Assembly: GCF_009914755.1 (NCBI RefSeq)
Contig: NC_060936.1
Strand: one strand, 5' to 3'
Length of the DNA stretch: 64,000 nt
Source of the DNA: the human T2T-CHM13v2.0 reference genome, Homo sapiens
The position numbers were made by a program, and so were the translations under genes. Positions 39,391 to 53,029 of the stretch are shown one piece after another. The notes beneath the pieces were generated by a model. The model had not been told where the DNA came from and did no database searches. It saw only the letters and a program-made list of their open reading frames with translations. How positions within the stretch are numbered: position 1 is the stretch's first letter; the number at the start of each line of letters is the position of its first letter.

Positions 39391-40366
39391 CTATGGCACC
39401 CATTTCACTGGGTTTTATCATTTAGTTGGAATATTGCATGTATAGTTGTGTTCTTGACTATTTGGCATCCATTAAAATTGTTTAAAAATTAATATTATTG
39501 TATGGCATCTAGATTAAGAAGACATTAAAATACAGTTAAAGTATCAATGAAATAATGCAACAGAACAAAGGATTGCATATACAGAATTTTTAAAAAATGT
39601 GTTATTTCTCATTCTCTATGAATTAGGTTTGTGACAGATGGGAGATAATATGGGTCATCTGGTAGTAGGAGGCCGCCATTATAACAAACACCTGTTCTGG
39701 GGTGTTATCTTCCCTCCCCTCCTCTTCATAGTAGTAGGGAAATCAGTTCAAAGGAAATATTTCAAAAGAAAAAATAACAAACAACAACTGCAAAAGAAAT
39801 GCAGGAACGCTGCTATTCATCACTGTATTTTTATGTGGTTCTTCTTGTACTACCTAGATCACAGCTATGGGGCTGTGAGACTACAGGATCTCCTGAGAAG
39901 GAAGAGTCCAAAGAATTGTAGTCCAGATCATTCAGCCATTTACTAGCAGAGATCTTAGGTAGTCACTTCATATTTCTTGATCTCATGTTCTAAACTGTGA
40001 TTTGAGAGTTCATTGAGAAAATGTACATGTATTCTATAAAAGAGTATTAAAAAACCAACAATATATATATTTTTAAATTAAAACAGGATTGCCCAGAATG
40101 TGTTCCATGCTGATAAAGTGTACTGTGAAAATCAAAGAGAACATATGATTGAGCATTTCTCAAACTTACTTGCCTTGATAACATTTTCATCTATTAAAAT
40201 TCAGTAAAATTGTGTTTAACTGAAACCACATATCAAAATCACTTAAAAGAGCATGGCAGGACAGGACTTGTCTGGACCCACACCACATCTCCTAAGGCAG
40301 AATGGCTGGTGCAGAGGTTGTGGTGGGCAAGGATCATCTCTTCACAATTCTGATATGTACTCTAAT

Positions 40367-41615
40367 TGTTGAAGGAATTCAGGACATGCTACCCCAGAAT
40401 ATGCATCTTTGGCTTATTGCTTTTTTTCACCTCATATAGTTATCATTTATTCCTCTGTCTAATGGAAACATTATATTCTTTGGCCAACATTTCCCTATTC
40501 TCTTCACTCTCTAGTCTCTGGTGACCACCATTTAGCTTTCTGATTCTTCTATGTGTTCAATTTTTTTAGTTTCCACATACGAGTGAGAACATGCAGTATT
40601 TGTCTTCCTGTGTCTGGCTCATTTCACTGATTATAATGTACTCCAGGTTCATCCATGTTTTTGCAAATGACATAATTTTCCTCTCTTTATGGCTGAATGG
40701 TATTCCATCATGTATATGTACCATATTTTCTTTATCCACGTATCCACTGTTGGACACTTAGGTTGACTCCACATCTTGGCTATTGTGAATTGCGCTGCAG
40801 TGAACATGGGAGTGTGGATATCTCTTCGACAAACTGATTTTAATTTATTTGTATATATACCTAGTGGTAGGATTGCTGGCTCATATGATAACCCTATTTT
40901 TAGTTTTTTGAGGAACTTCCTTACTGTTTTTCATAAAGGCTGCACTGATTTACATTCTCACCAACCGCGTACCAGAGTTTTCTTTTCTCCACATCCTCGC
41001 CAACACTGTTATCTTTCATCTTTTTGATAATAGCAATTCCGACAGATATGAGGTGAAAATCTCATTGTGGAAAATCTCTTTGTGGTTTTAATTTTCATTT
41101 CCCTAGTGATTAATGTTGTTGAGCATTTTTTCATGTATCTGTTGGCTATGTGGGTGGAGTATTGATTATTTTCAAGCTGAAGTCACTTGAGAAACAGCAG
41201 GTGCAGGAAGGGCTTTCTGATCTCCCCTTTTCTGCCTAAAAGCAGGCCATAAAATTTCCCATAAGAAAGATGCTTCCCTGTACCAGAAGAACATCCTTAT
41301 CACCAGAGATGGGGTGATAAGTAACCAAGTTATTGAAATAACCCTTATCTTCCACTAGAGTTCCCCAATATATCTCTTAGTTACTTACCCACAATTCACT
41401 GCTGCTAACCCAAATGTATCATTTCTTTGTCTAAAGGTAGACACTTTCTGCTCTGCTCATTTCTTCAGGTCTTTATTTTCTGGTAAGGCCCTTAAGTACA
41501 TGTAAAATGTTAATAAAATCTGTATGCTTTTCTCTCATTCATGTCTCATGGCAGTTTAATTTCTATGCCCAGGTGGAATCCTAGGAGGGTGGAGGAGAAA
41601 TTTTCCTCCCCTACA
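40367..41615 (+). mobile_element. MER34-family ERV1 solo LTR, split by an L1MA insertion
   Basis: tgttgaaggaattcaggacatgctaccccagaatatg...ttggcttattg, resuming at 41160 with tattgattattttcaagctgaag...cttgagaaacagcag and ending ttttcctcccctaca. Confidence 0.75.
40420..41155 (-). mobile_element. L1MA 3' fragment
   Basis: Antisense L1 ORF2 end and 3'UTR (ccacatacgagtgagaacatgcagtatttgtc..., ggacacttaggttgactccacatcttggctattgtgaat). ORF 40566..40757 resembles the ORF2p C-terminus. Confidence 0.85.
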
Positions 41616-41634
41616 CATGAACATCTGCTCTAAG

Positions 41635-42160
41635 GAGAGAATTTTCAGACTTTGTGTAAATAAGAATTACCTGGGGCACTTGGTAAATACTCAGATGCCC
41701 AGGTTCCAAAGATTCTGATCAACCTTGGATGGAGGTCCAGGAATCTGCATTGTTCCAGAACACTCCAGGTGATTCTGATGTAGAGGTTTTGTGGACCAAA
41801 TGTTGAGAAACATGGGTTTGCAGTTCACATCTCTGGTCGCACATTAGATTCATCCAGGGAGCTTTTATAATCCACTGATACTCAGGCATCACCCACAGAG
41901 ACTCTGATGTGATTGTTCCAGGGAATGCCTGAGTACCACCAGGTGAATGTATTATTTAGCCAGAGCTGAGAATCACTGATCCAGGAGTCCCACACCTGTC
42001 AGATAATAGGGTTCACATGGGCATGCTTGACTGAAGCACAGATTACTAGGCCTAACTCTTACAGATTCTGATTTAGAAGGTCTGGGTTGAAGTCCAGGAA
42101 CTCATATTTTTAGTTAGCCAATGAACTGATTCTCATTATTAGGCAAGTTTGGGATAAAAG
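41635..42160. mobile_element. Cluster of about three MER5A/B-like MITEs
   Basis: Repeated agaattacctgggg / cagatgcccagg / ccaggaatctgcatt / ccaggtgattctgatg / ttgagaaaca motifs. Confidence 0.7.
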
Positions 42161-44286
42161 GTATTAGATATCATGAATAAGCTTATCAGATGATTCAGTA
42201 CCATTGTATAAAGTGGAACAGAGGTCCCTGGGGTGGTGAGACCTAGGTTAAGAAAGATTTGATAAGAAAGAGCAGAGCATGGTCAGGAAAGGCAAACTTA
42301 TGAGTCTCGGGAAAAGTGGGGAATGTGTTTCAGTGGTTGAAGGGTATTAAGAGCCATAAAAAAAGATAAAGCAAGAATTAAGAAAAAAATCTTATATAGA
42401 TTTTTCTATTTGACATTTTTACACAGCTCTGGAGCCTCAGTAATTCCAATAAGAAACAGTTCTGAATTCTGCTAGAGTAATGTCTAATTTATGATATATT
42501 TTTGAAAAGTATATCATTTTTAAATTTAAAAAAATGTATAAGTTAAATGTTTTAAATATTAAAATGTTGTTTTTGTGCCTGTTTCCTGAGGATCCATAGT
42601 TCTTTTACATTTTAAATGGTTAACATTTATGGACACATTGTATGTAGAACTCTCTTTACTACTTTTCAAGGTATTGAAAATTAAAATTTATTTGTGTGTG
42701 TGTGTATGCACATCACATGGATTTTTTAATTCACTGTTGAACTTTACTATGGCTTTAGGATTTTTAATTTTAAAAAGCATGTTATCTTAAATTACATCCA
42801 ATAATCAGAGAGCAATGTGGCCTCTTTGTGTGTATAATTCGAGGAAGCTAGTGTGTAATTCCAAAACCATATGGAAATGCCCATAGACACTTCCCATCTT
42901 GGTATGTTTACAGTCCATTGAAATATCTAATTTTCAGAAACATTTAACAAGACTGATTCTAAATGCTTTTGTTTAAGGATACTTTGAGTAGTGAGCATTC
43001 TTAGTGGAATTTTAAAATTTACATTTATCTGATGGGATTGTTTCATGATAAATTCCCAGAGTTTGAAATGTAGCAAAATGGATGGAAAAGTATGAAATGG
43101 TTAAATCAATAATTCAGTTGTTAAAGATGTTTCAGATGGTTTCTTGTAGCTTTGAATGACTCCATTGATTTCGCCATTTAAATCCACTCTAAGAGAGCAA
43201 CTCCAATTTCAGCTGCCTTTTCCAGGCTTCTCCTCCCCCTAATCCTCACTGACCCACAAGTCTACCCCTTCCTCATTTCCCCTGCCCACCCTTAGGCTCC
43301 AGGTTTATTTTCTCATCAATCAGCTGGTGGGTAGACATGATAAACGGGTGGGAAGCAAAATGCTGAGTAAATTCCATCAAGAATGTGCCTAATAAACAGA
43401 GCTGATGGTTAAGTAAATACAGGATATTTTAATAAATGCTATGAGTTTAATGTGGAGTATTTACAGAGAATTTGGGGAGAAAGGAGCACTGAATTGAATG
43501 TTTTCAGCAGTAGAGGGATTCAGCCGCAAAAACTGTCCTTGTTCCTTACCATGCTTTAGTTTTTGGAATTTAGACATATGCATCTTCTTTGTCATTCTCC
43601 ATTCATCAACCTGCCCTCTCCCCCACTGAGTTACAGACACTTCTAATTCTGTCACCACCCCCAACCCCCAAGAAAAGAAAGTGTCATCCAATCTCTCCAA
43701 AAGGGTTTGGATCGAAATGGGTGAATCTGTGACTCCCTGAAGTCACAGCCTCATTAGGAAGGGATCATCTCCCAGATGGCCTCCACAGGGGCCCTGTGTG
43801 CTATTTTCATTAGTTATTTAGACCTAGTTCTATTTATATCAGTTATGTGGTCTGTTTAGTGTTTGGAAAACATTTGTGGAACCTGCGAGGCCCACCATTA
43901 TTAGAAATGTGAAGGACTGGAAAAATTAGGCATTTTGAAAAAACTGGGATTTTTTTTTTGGTTTCTAAGGATTCCCCATGTGAATATTTTCCAATTTGGG
44001 AGCAGAGGAAAAGGAAAAATGTAGAAGATACTTTCCTGCCATTTTTTAAAATCCAGTCTTTAGGTCACACCCTAAAAATTTCCAGGGTAAAAATGTCCCT
44101 CAGTATGTGTGCATTTTATGTTTAAGGACAGCAATGTTAGCTTAGGCTTGTGGTTTCAGGGCAAAAAGCTGTTTTTGGAAAATACCAGATTCAGGGTTTA
44201 TATTGGTTGATAGAAAATAGGCTCAGAGATTCTGTTACTTCCAACAAAACAGTTGGCTACAGCTGTAGACAAATCTATATTTGATA

Positions 44287-44495
44287 ATCCCCTCTTACGT
44301 GTAGGAGGATACATTCCAAGACCCCCAGTGGAGACCTGAAACAGAAGATACCACTGAGCACTGTATATACTATATTTTTTTCTATACATGTGTATCATAA
44401 AATTAAATGTATAAATTAGGCTCAGTAAGAGATTAATGACAATAACTAGTAATAAAATAGAATGACTATAACAATATATGGGGGAGACTACTGTA
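44287..44495. mobile_element. MER2-like Tigger MITE (internally deleted)
   Basis: ggatacattccaagacccccagtgga..cctgaaac...tataaattaggctcagtaagagattaa...gggggagactactgta. Confidence 0.8.
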
Positions 44496-44500
44496 GATAT

Positions 44501-44850
44501 TGATAATCTCATCTTGAATTATAATCCCCATAATCCCCACATGTCAAGGGAGAGACCAGGTGGAGGTAACTGAATCATGGGGGTGGTTTCCCCCCATGCT
44601 ATTCTTGTGATAGTGAGTGAATTCTCATAAGAGCTGATGGTTTTATAAGAGGCTCTCCCCCCTTCACTTGGCAATTCTCCCCCCTGCCGCCTTGTGAAGA
44701 AGGTGCCTTGCTTCCCCTTCACCTTCTGCCATGATTGTAAGTTTCCTGAGGCCTCTCCAACCATGCTGAACTGTGAGTCAATTAAACCTTCTTTAAAAAT
44801 TACTCAGTCTCGGGCAGTTCTTTATGGCAGTATGAAAACGGACTAATACA
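44501..44850 (+). mobile_element. THE1 (THE1C/D-like) solo LTR with a short deletion just inside the 5' end
   Basis: tgata|atctcatcttgaatt...gactaataca. Perfect 5-bp TSD gatat at 44496-44500 and 44851-44855. Confidence 0.92.
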
Positions 44851-45749
44851 GATATGAAACTTCCAGGTGAGAAATTGCCCAGTGTAATAAGGTGAGTCTT
44901 ACTAAAAAATAAAGCCAAGAGATGTTGTAGGAAAAATTCTGTTCCTTTATTCACTGAGTGACCTTATTTAAGTCCCTTTTTGGAGGGCACGCTGGTTTGT
45001 CTCTTCTTACTGATCTTCCATTGCTATCAATAAATATTAAGTACGGCCCACAAATTCCTTCTTGGCCTAGTTCTCTACTTTCTAATTTCTCTGTCTTCAC
45101 TTATTCTTGTGCTACATAAATTTTTTAAAGGCCTAATAAGACTGAGAAGAGTCTTAGAGGTTTTTCTACTCCAATATCTTCACTTTACAGAAATCAGGCC
45201 CAAGGACATTTAGTGGCTTGCCCAATGTCACCCAGTTAGTTCGTGATAGGATCAGGACTTGACCTCCTTAAGTGGACTTCTGTCCCACATATAGAATGCC
45301 CCTTTCACACTGAAGCATCACCACAGTCCAACACTGTGTCCTCTAGCACTCTGTTCCCTCCCTCTCCCTTCCCAGGGAGGCAGGCACCAAAAAGAGCAAT
45401 TAGAGTGAATAAGAGAGGAGGGAGGATGATAAAGAACAAGGCGATTGCTGTTTACCCAAAGGTAACAAGGGCTCTCTTTTCTTATCAGCCCTAAGAAAGG
45501 ACAGAGTGTTCCTTTCAGTAGGAGTTATTTATAAAACTCTGAAGGCTTTGCCAGTTGGGAAGGGGGTTCCAGAATTAAATCTCCCTCATCCCCAGTTCCC
45601 TGTGAATTCTAAAAATGGATTCTGTGTGTATGCCATGTTAATTCATATGGCCCCAGTGTTGGTATGGAGCTGATGGAAGGTGAAAAATGCAGGCCACTGG
45701 AGCAGGATATTAAGAGAAATTTAGATTATAGGCATAGGTAAATGGCTGT

Positions 45750-45890
45750 CTCCATGGAATTTTGACCAGAATGTAAATTCCTTGGGGTTGGGGACTTTGT
45801 TCAGTACTGTGTCTCCTAGGCTTAGGATACTCCCCTGGTACATAGAGGATGTCAGTAAATATTTATTGAGTAAATGAATAAATGAATGAA
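45750..45890 (+). mobile_element. L2 3' end
   Basis: agaatgtaaattccttgggg..gggactttg...cctggtacatagagg...taaatatttattgagtaaatgaataaatgaatgaa. Confidence 0.75.
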
Positions 45891-46899
45891 ATGGTCCAGG
45901 TTTAAGAACTCACATATATACACACCAAAACAAACCCAAAACACCCAGAACACATACTCATCTCCTGCCACACTTAATCTCCTCTCCCCTCAGTGGCTCA
46001 GGTAATAATGTCATAACAGAGATGACTAAAAGCCTGCATTTTTTTTGGTCATTGAGATGCCATCAGCTCCTCTGTAGTCATGCTTCTCTGCTTACATTTT
46101 AATTAAAAGATTATAATTCCTTTAAAGTAGAATTGCAGTGACAGCTGATGAGGCCCTACCTTTCATCAGAATGGCCCCACCTTTAATCAGCATGGCCCCA
46201 CATTTTACCCTTTACTGTTCAAACCACAGAGTAACTGATTTTCTGCCTTTTGAACCATCATTCCATTGCTTTTATAGGAAGGTTATTTTCACTTCTGTGT
46301 CCAACAGAGAAATGGAGAAGTGACTAGATTTCCATTTCACTGGTGGTTAAGAAACAAGTTAATGCTCTGAGAAGAGATTGTATGGGTATGAAAGGCAGGT
46401 AGCTCATGGAGAAATTCCCAGAGTAGCCACCAGAAAACAAATCTGTTTCAGCTGACATTTTAGGGAGTTCTGGTAGAATAAGTAATAAACTTTACTTTTG
46501 TTACTCATACCAACATTTGTAATATTAATTGCACATATTTAGAGCAAGACCTAGATAAATCTCTACTCTGAATTAGAAATAATTTTATAGCTTCAAGGAC
46601 ATAGACATGATAGAAATACTATAGAAACCAAGGAAGGGAGTAAAAACATTAGGTTAGTGAGTAAATGAGGTCAACTCTGGGTTGACTTTCATGGTACCGC
46701 CATTGTTTCTATTTTTGATTAGCTTTTTAAAAAATGTAATGTTGGTCCCTACAAGTATGAAAAATCACAAATATTTCAACCCCTTTGGTCAAAGAGTTGG
46801 AAAAGTCATCTGAAATGCTTTTTTTCAAGGCATTCTTGGCACTAAGGTCCATGACAATATGTTTTTAAACGCATAAGAAGTTGAGAATTCTTGTCTAGA

Positions 46900-47510
<611 letters not shown>

Positions 47511-48313
47511 AGTCAAGTTTCATTATGGCTGATATAAGTTATGTAGTCCTTTGGTGTTTATAAATAGTTCTTATTTCTGTTATTCCACTTGAATTGCATA
47601 GCAACTCTGAGAGTGGTTTTAGAGGTGAAGAAAGTGATTAATGATATTAAGTGCATTACCAAAATCCTGGCAGAGACACATTCTTTCAGGTTTACTGCCT
47701 TCCAGTTACTCATGTCCAGGAGATCCACATCCCTTTGGGGTCTCTTCAGCACAATAGGTGCTCTAGAAAACAAATATTACTATTTCTGACAGGTAAGCAG
47801 ATTATCTTTACATTTGGCCAGTTGTTGGAAATCATAACTGAGAGCAGGTAAAATGATCAGCAATCCATTACAATAAACGGGAATGTGGGTTTTGTAAGAG
47901 GACAAGATAATTTGCTAATATTTGGAATCTAGAAGCTGTGGACAAAGAGACAGTAGTGAACATAATTCCACTTATTCATAGAACATGTTAGTCACATAAT
48001 GATAGACATTGTGTTGGGTACACAAAGTTCTCCAGAGCTTCCTGATGCCGACCAGTAAATAGATAATTGTACCTCCATTCAGGAAGTTCCATTACAGAGC
48101 TACAAACTAGGGTCTGTGGGAGCGCAGAGGAGAACTTCCTTAGCTTTGCTAAGGAAAGCGGAGGAGATACTTGAATTGAGTCTTGAAAAAGATGTGTGCC
48201 ATTAAGCAGACAAGGTGGGAGAAGGTTATTTCAGGCAGAGCAAACAGCAGGTAATAATGAGGCTAACACTGTTTTAGAGCATGATGGGCATCATTTCTAA
48301 GCTCGCTCTCTCA

Positions 48314-48476
48314 TTTTTTTTTTTTTTTTTGAGACAGGGTATCTCTGTTGCCCAGACTGTGGAGTGCAGTGGTGTGGTCAGAGCTCATTGCAGCCTTGAA
48401 CTCCTGGGCTCAAGTGATCCTCCCACCCCAGCATCCCAAAGTGCTGGGATTGCAGGCATAGCCACCACTCCTGGCT
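48314..48476 (-). mobile_element. Alu monomer (FLAM/FRAM-like)
   Basis: Poly-T, gagacagggtatctctgttgccc...ctcctgggctcaagtgatcctcc...caaagtgctgggatt. Single arm. Confidence 0.8.
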
Positions 48477-49619
48477 CTTTACAAGTATAACCTAATTTGA
48501 TTCTCAAAAAATCCTGTTAAATATTTAATTCCAAGTTTAGGGGAAAGTAGCTGGGTGATTCTGAATATGACCTCTTTCCATTTTAAAGAGCGATCACTCT
48601 ACTTGTGCAGAGACCAACTGAAAGTGGGCAAGAATGAAAATAAAGAAGCATATTGGTGTGCGTGCAGTTTCATTGGTCCAGGGGGGAGCTGAGGTTTGGA
48701 TAGGGAACTTCCACTAGAATGTCTACCTGTGCTTTTTTGAGTTGGAAATCTGAAGTCAACAGGGCTACACTGTATAACATCGCATAAGGAGAAAGGAAAA
48801 GTGGTGGATAAAAAATTAAATGCTGACTGACCAATGTATGTTAATAAATTGGGGGAAGACCCACTTAAGCTGTTCTTCTATCACCTGTGGCCTAGAAAAG
48901 GAATAAAAAAAGAATACATTGTTCTTTGATGTTCCCAAAAGCCCATATAAGGAAAGAAATTTAAAACAAAATAAAGACACTAATATTATGTGTTAAATGA
49001 CCACAATAAATCTGCTGCAGGAATAATACATGTATTTTGGGTGGTTGAAGCGTTATTATCTCCCAAGCGTTCCTTAGCTGACAGCTTTCTTGTTTTTGAC
49101 ACCATCATTTTACTGAGACAGTTTTTGCAAAGAGATGTTATCAGCTAGGATGCTTTCTGCTAAAACTATCAGGAGATCTTATTCAAATGAGCTCATGAAA
49201 TGGAAAAGTCCAGATGTAGATCTAGCTCTAGAAAAGGCTTGATTTGGTAACGTATCAAGGTGACTGATGACCTGGTTTCTTGCTGACTTTCTGTCTTGAG
49301 AAGGCTGCCATCAACTTCCATGGCCATTTGCTTCCTTGTTCACAATCTGGAACATCTGTGTCCTGAGATTTCCAATAAAATCCTAAGGTTCACCTAAACC
49401 ATCTTAAGTTTACGTGCCCATCTCTGAACCCATTACTCATGGCAGGGAGACGCAGCCCTATGTAACTAGTGCTGTGGTCAATCCTACACAATTAATATGG
49501 CTGAGAATGAGTAAAGCAGAAAATCTTCCTGGAAACAGAGAAAATCTGGAATTCTCTTACCAGAAGGCAGAAGAATAAAAACTGGGCAACAAAAGCAAGC
49601 CTTCACAAATGCCCAAATC

Positions 49620-51160
49620 CAAGTGCTATCTACTAATAAGCCACTTACTTTGTCTCTCTGCATTATGTGACCCCATTTCCTTTTTGAAGAAATCTCATTT
49701 CTTCATTTAATTAAACCACTCTCATCCGTTTCTTGGTACCTCTATGACTGTTGTGCTCATCTTTGGGAGATCATCTCCCTCTGTCTGTGACTTAAGCATT
49801 GGTTTCCCCAGGGCTCTGTTCTTACCTTTGTTCTCTTCCTATTCGCTCCTGGAGTTTGTTGACCTAAGCCAAGATTCAACTATCACTGGTCCGGGGATTC
49901 TTGATCTAGGCTCTACAATCCCTTAAAGTATCCAAGTAGACTTCAGAGTGTTGAAGAATCTCCCAGAGATTGTATGCACATATGGTGCACATATGTATAT
50001 GAAGAAAAATTGATAACTGTCATTAGTTTTTCCAAATGAATCAGGAGTAAAAGTTTAAAGCCATCGTTACTTATGCCATTATCATCCCCAAAGTACTGTG
50101 TCCCTTCAGGCCTGTCTCCTTAGCTCTAACCCTGCCTTTCCCAGTCTCTCCATCTGCTTCCAGAGGTCTCACAGGCACTTTAGTTCAGATGAATGCACTT
50201 TTATGAAGTTATAGGCCACTTACCTACTGTTTTAGGTCATTCAGAGCTAAGAAATGGTCTCTTATCTCCAATGCTTTATAGTTCAGTGAATTGTATTGAT
50301 TCATTTTAAACTCAGTATTTGTTTTTCTAAACCTCTTCTCTTGTTTTCACCATTTTATTTAAGAACCACAACTGAGCTTTCTGCCCAAATCAGAAGCCTA
50401 GGAGCTACTCTGGCACATGACTCTAGTAGGTTGAGAAATAAGTTAATGCTTGTTAACCTACTAGAGTCACTGTGCTGGGATAGCTCCTGGGAAAGTAGAT
50501 TAGTCTGTCTTGATTACTCTGTAGAGTGAATATTTATATTTTACATTAAATGTAATTTTATATTTGAAAACTATTTTTATTGTTTTTAATACACATTACA
50601 GAAATAAAGTTTGACAAAGTGTCTCCTGACTAATAGGGATAAACTAAAGAGAAGTGGTTTTTAAGTGTGGTGGGATAGGGCATGTTCTGCTAGAGGCACA
50701 CATAAGAATGTTTCCTAGGGGCAGTGTGAGGGTTTTATTAAAAAGGGATCATGGGTTTAAAAATAAAGAAACATTCTCCTAGAATACCCCCAACTTCTCA
50801 AAAAGCACATGTAACCTTCTACTAGTACTCGTCCTTTCTGCCTTCCAGATCTTTCTCAAGTTTATCTCCCACCCTTCCATTTCCGTTGCTGTTGCTGGAA
50901 TGCCAGGCCCCTCGGCAGTATCCTTTCCCTGGTCAATTATACTATTTGCAGACACTCTTTTGGCATCTAATCTCATTCTGTCCCTCCCCCTCCTGCCATC
51001 CTACCTAGGAAACCAGAAATATATTTCTTAACCAGAAATCCATTAAAAAACAAAAATGCTGGTCACTCCAGCATCAAATCATTTAGCGGCTTCCTATTGT
51101 CTACAGAAAAAACTAGTCACATTCTTTAGCACGTTGAATTGCTTTAAAGACCTTCTATCA
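49620..51160 (+). mobile_element. Decayed L2 fragments
   Basis: Pyrimidine-rich L2-like segments (cccagggctctgttctt, gcccaaatcagaagcctaggag, gcggcttcctattgtctacag). Boundaries approximate. Confidence 0.45.
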
Positions 51161-51979
51161 TCCGACCTTTCCTTACCTTTTCATCTTCTCTCTTCTCTCC
51201 TTCCCCCCTTCCAGTATATTCTTGAACTTCTGAGATGCTGTCTTCAAAGGCAGAATGCCCTCCAAATTTATCTCGATCATCTGTCCTCTCCACATGATCG
51301 CATTTTCTGCTTTTTTCACATTATCAGTATGAGAAACTGAACACCCTCACAGCATAGCCCTTACCAATGGTGATTTGGTAACAATATGTTCAGATATAAA
51401 GAATATTACTATCAATTTTTTTTTATCCTAAGAGGTCCTTCCTGGGCACTCATCATCTAAGTATACAGCTGTTTCCTTACTGTTTCTGATCTGCATAATG
51501 AGCACAAGACAAAGTGTTTTTTCTTTTTTCCCTTTTATTTAAAGCAAATTTCTGCATCCTAAAATTTAAAACAGAACCATGGAACATTATCATTTAACTA
51601 ACACCAGACATGTTTTTTCTTCTCATTAATCTTAAACTCTGAAGGAATTACTGAAGTCTCATATCCCTTGATCTGACACTTTAAGAATTAGGAACAGCCA
51701 CAAAGACAACAGCTGAGAGATAAGATGTAGATTAAAAGAACCATTAACTCACAATGGCATTAGAAGAAAGATCATAAGTGTTGAATTCAATTTGGATGTG
51801 GTTCAAAGCACTAAGTAAAGTGGGAGGTGGAAGGTTGTAAATAGTTTTTATTGTCCTGGAACTCAACTAAATTTTCCCTTGGAGCAGCAACAGAGCAATC
51901 TAATCGGTTAAAAATTAGGTAATTTGTTAGCCACTTTCCTCTCCGTGAGCCACTAAATTTCTGTTGCTTTATTCAGAGA

Positions 51980-52470
51980 GGCTGTATGGCTAGTGGTTAG
52001 GAGTATATCCTTGGAATTATATTCCTAGGTTTGAGTTGCAGTATTTTGACCCTACTGTGGGATATCAGGCAGGTGATTAACACTCCGTGCCTCAGTTTAC
52101 TCATCTTTAAAATGGGAGTCATAGCATCTGCACCAGGTGGTGTTGAGACATTTAAACAGACGACATGTGTAAAGTCCTTAGAATGACATCTCTCATATGT
52201 GCTCTCCATATCTAGTTATTATTATTTTCTATTGAGCGTTATGTCTTTCTAGGAGACCTTGCTAATTACATTAATTCCCCAGAGTTGTGAGGAAAATAAT
52301 CATAGTAAACCTTTATGAAGGCTTCCTTTGTGCCACACTCCAAGCATATATATATACAATATATTTACCCCCAATTTGGAGATGAGGAAACTGAGGTATA
52401 CAGAGGCTAAGCAAAATTTTCCGGGGGACACATCTTCAAATCTGACTGTGGAGTTCACGCTCTGAACCAC
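51980..52470. mobile_element. Two MIR SINEs in opposite orientations
   Basis: gtgcctcagtttactcatctttaaaatggg (+, about 52090) and gatgaggaaactgaggtatacagagg (-, about 52385). Confidence 0.75.
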
Positions 52471-53029
52471 TGTGGTGAGGAAAATGTAGGAAGGGCAGTT
52501 TTAAATAAGTGGTCCTAACATTTTGAACTACCCTCACTGTTTTCATTATGTCTGATTCCTCCTCTTAAACATATTGCATTCCAGGTAGTTGAACCCGCAC
52601 GGGGTAGGATGTCTCAGGCCTAGGTGCAGGTTAGGATTGCTGGATGGCTAGAGTCGAGGCAATCTGCAGACCAGTGTGATGCCCACACACTCCCACCTCC
52701 AAACACTAGACCCAAACCAAATGGATAGTTCAGCTGTGTCATCGATTTGAAGGGCTGAGGGATGGGAAGATGCGTGTCTACAGCAGGACATGGTGGCAGA
52801 GGTGGGTGGGTGAAAGAGCCTGGAGTAAGGACTGAGGTCAATGGAATGCAGTGCCATCATTTGTTATGTGGTGGCATTGGCAGTGAGCACAAAGGAACCT
52901 AGGAGGGACATCGATTTGGCATAAAAAAAAGTTCCAGAGACTGTGCAAACCAAAGGCATCCATAAAATTCTCTTATATTTTTGAGTCATTGTACTACATT
53001 GGCACTAAAGAAAAATTACTGTTTCCTAA

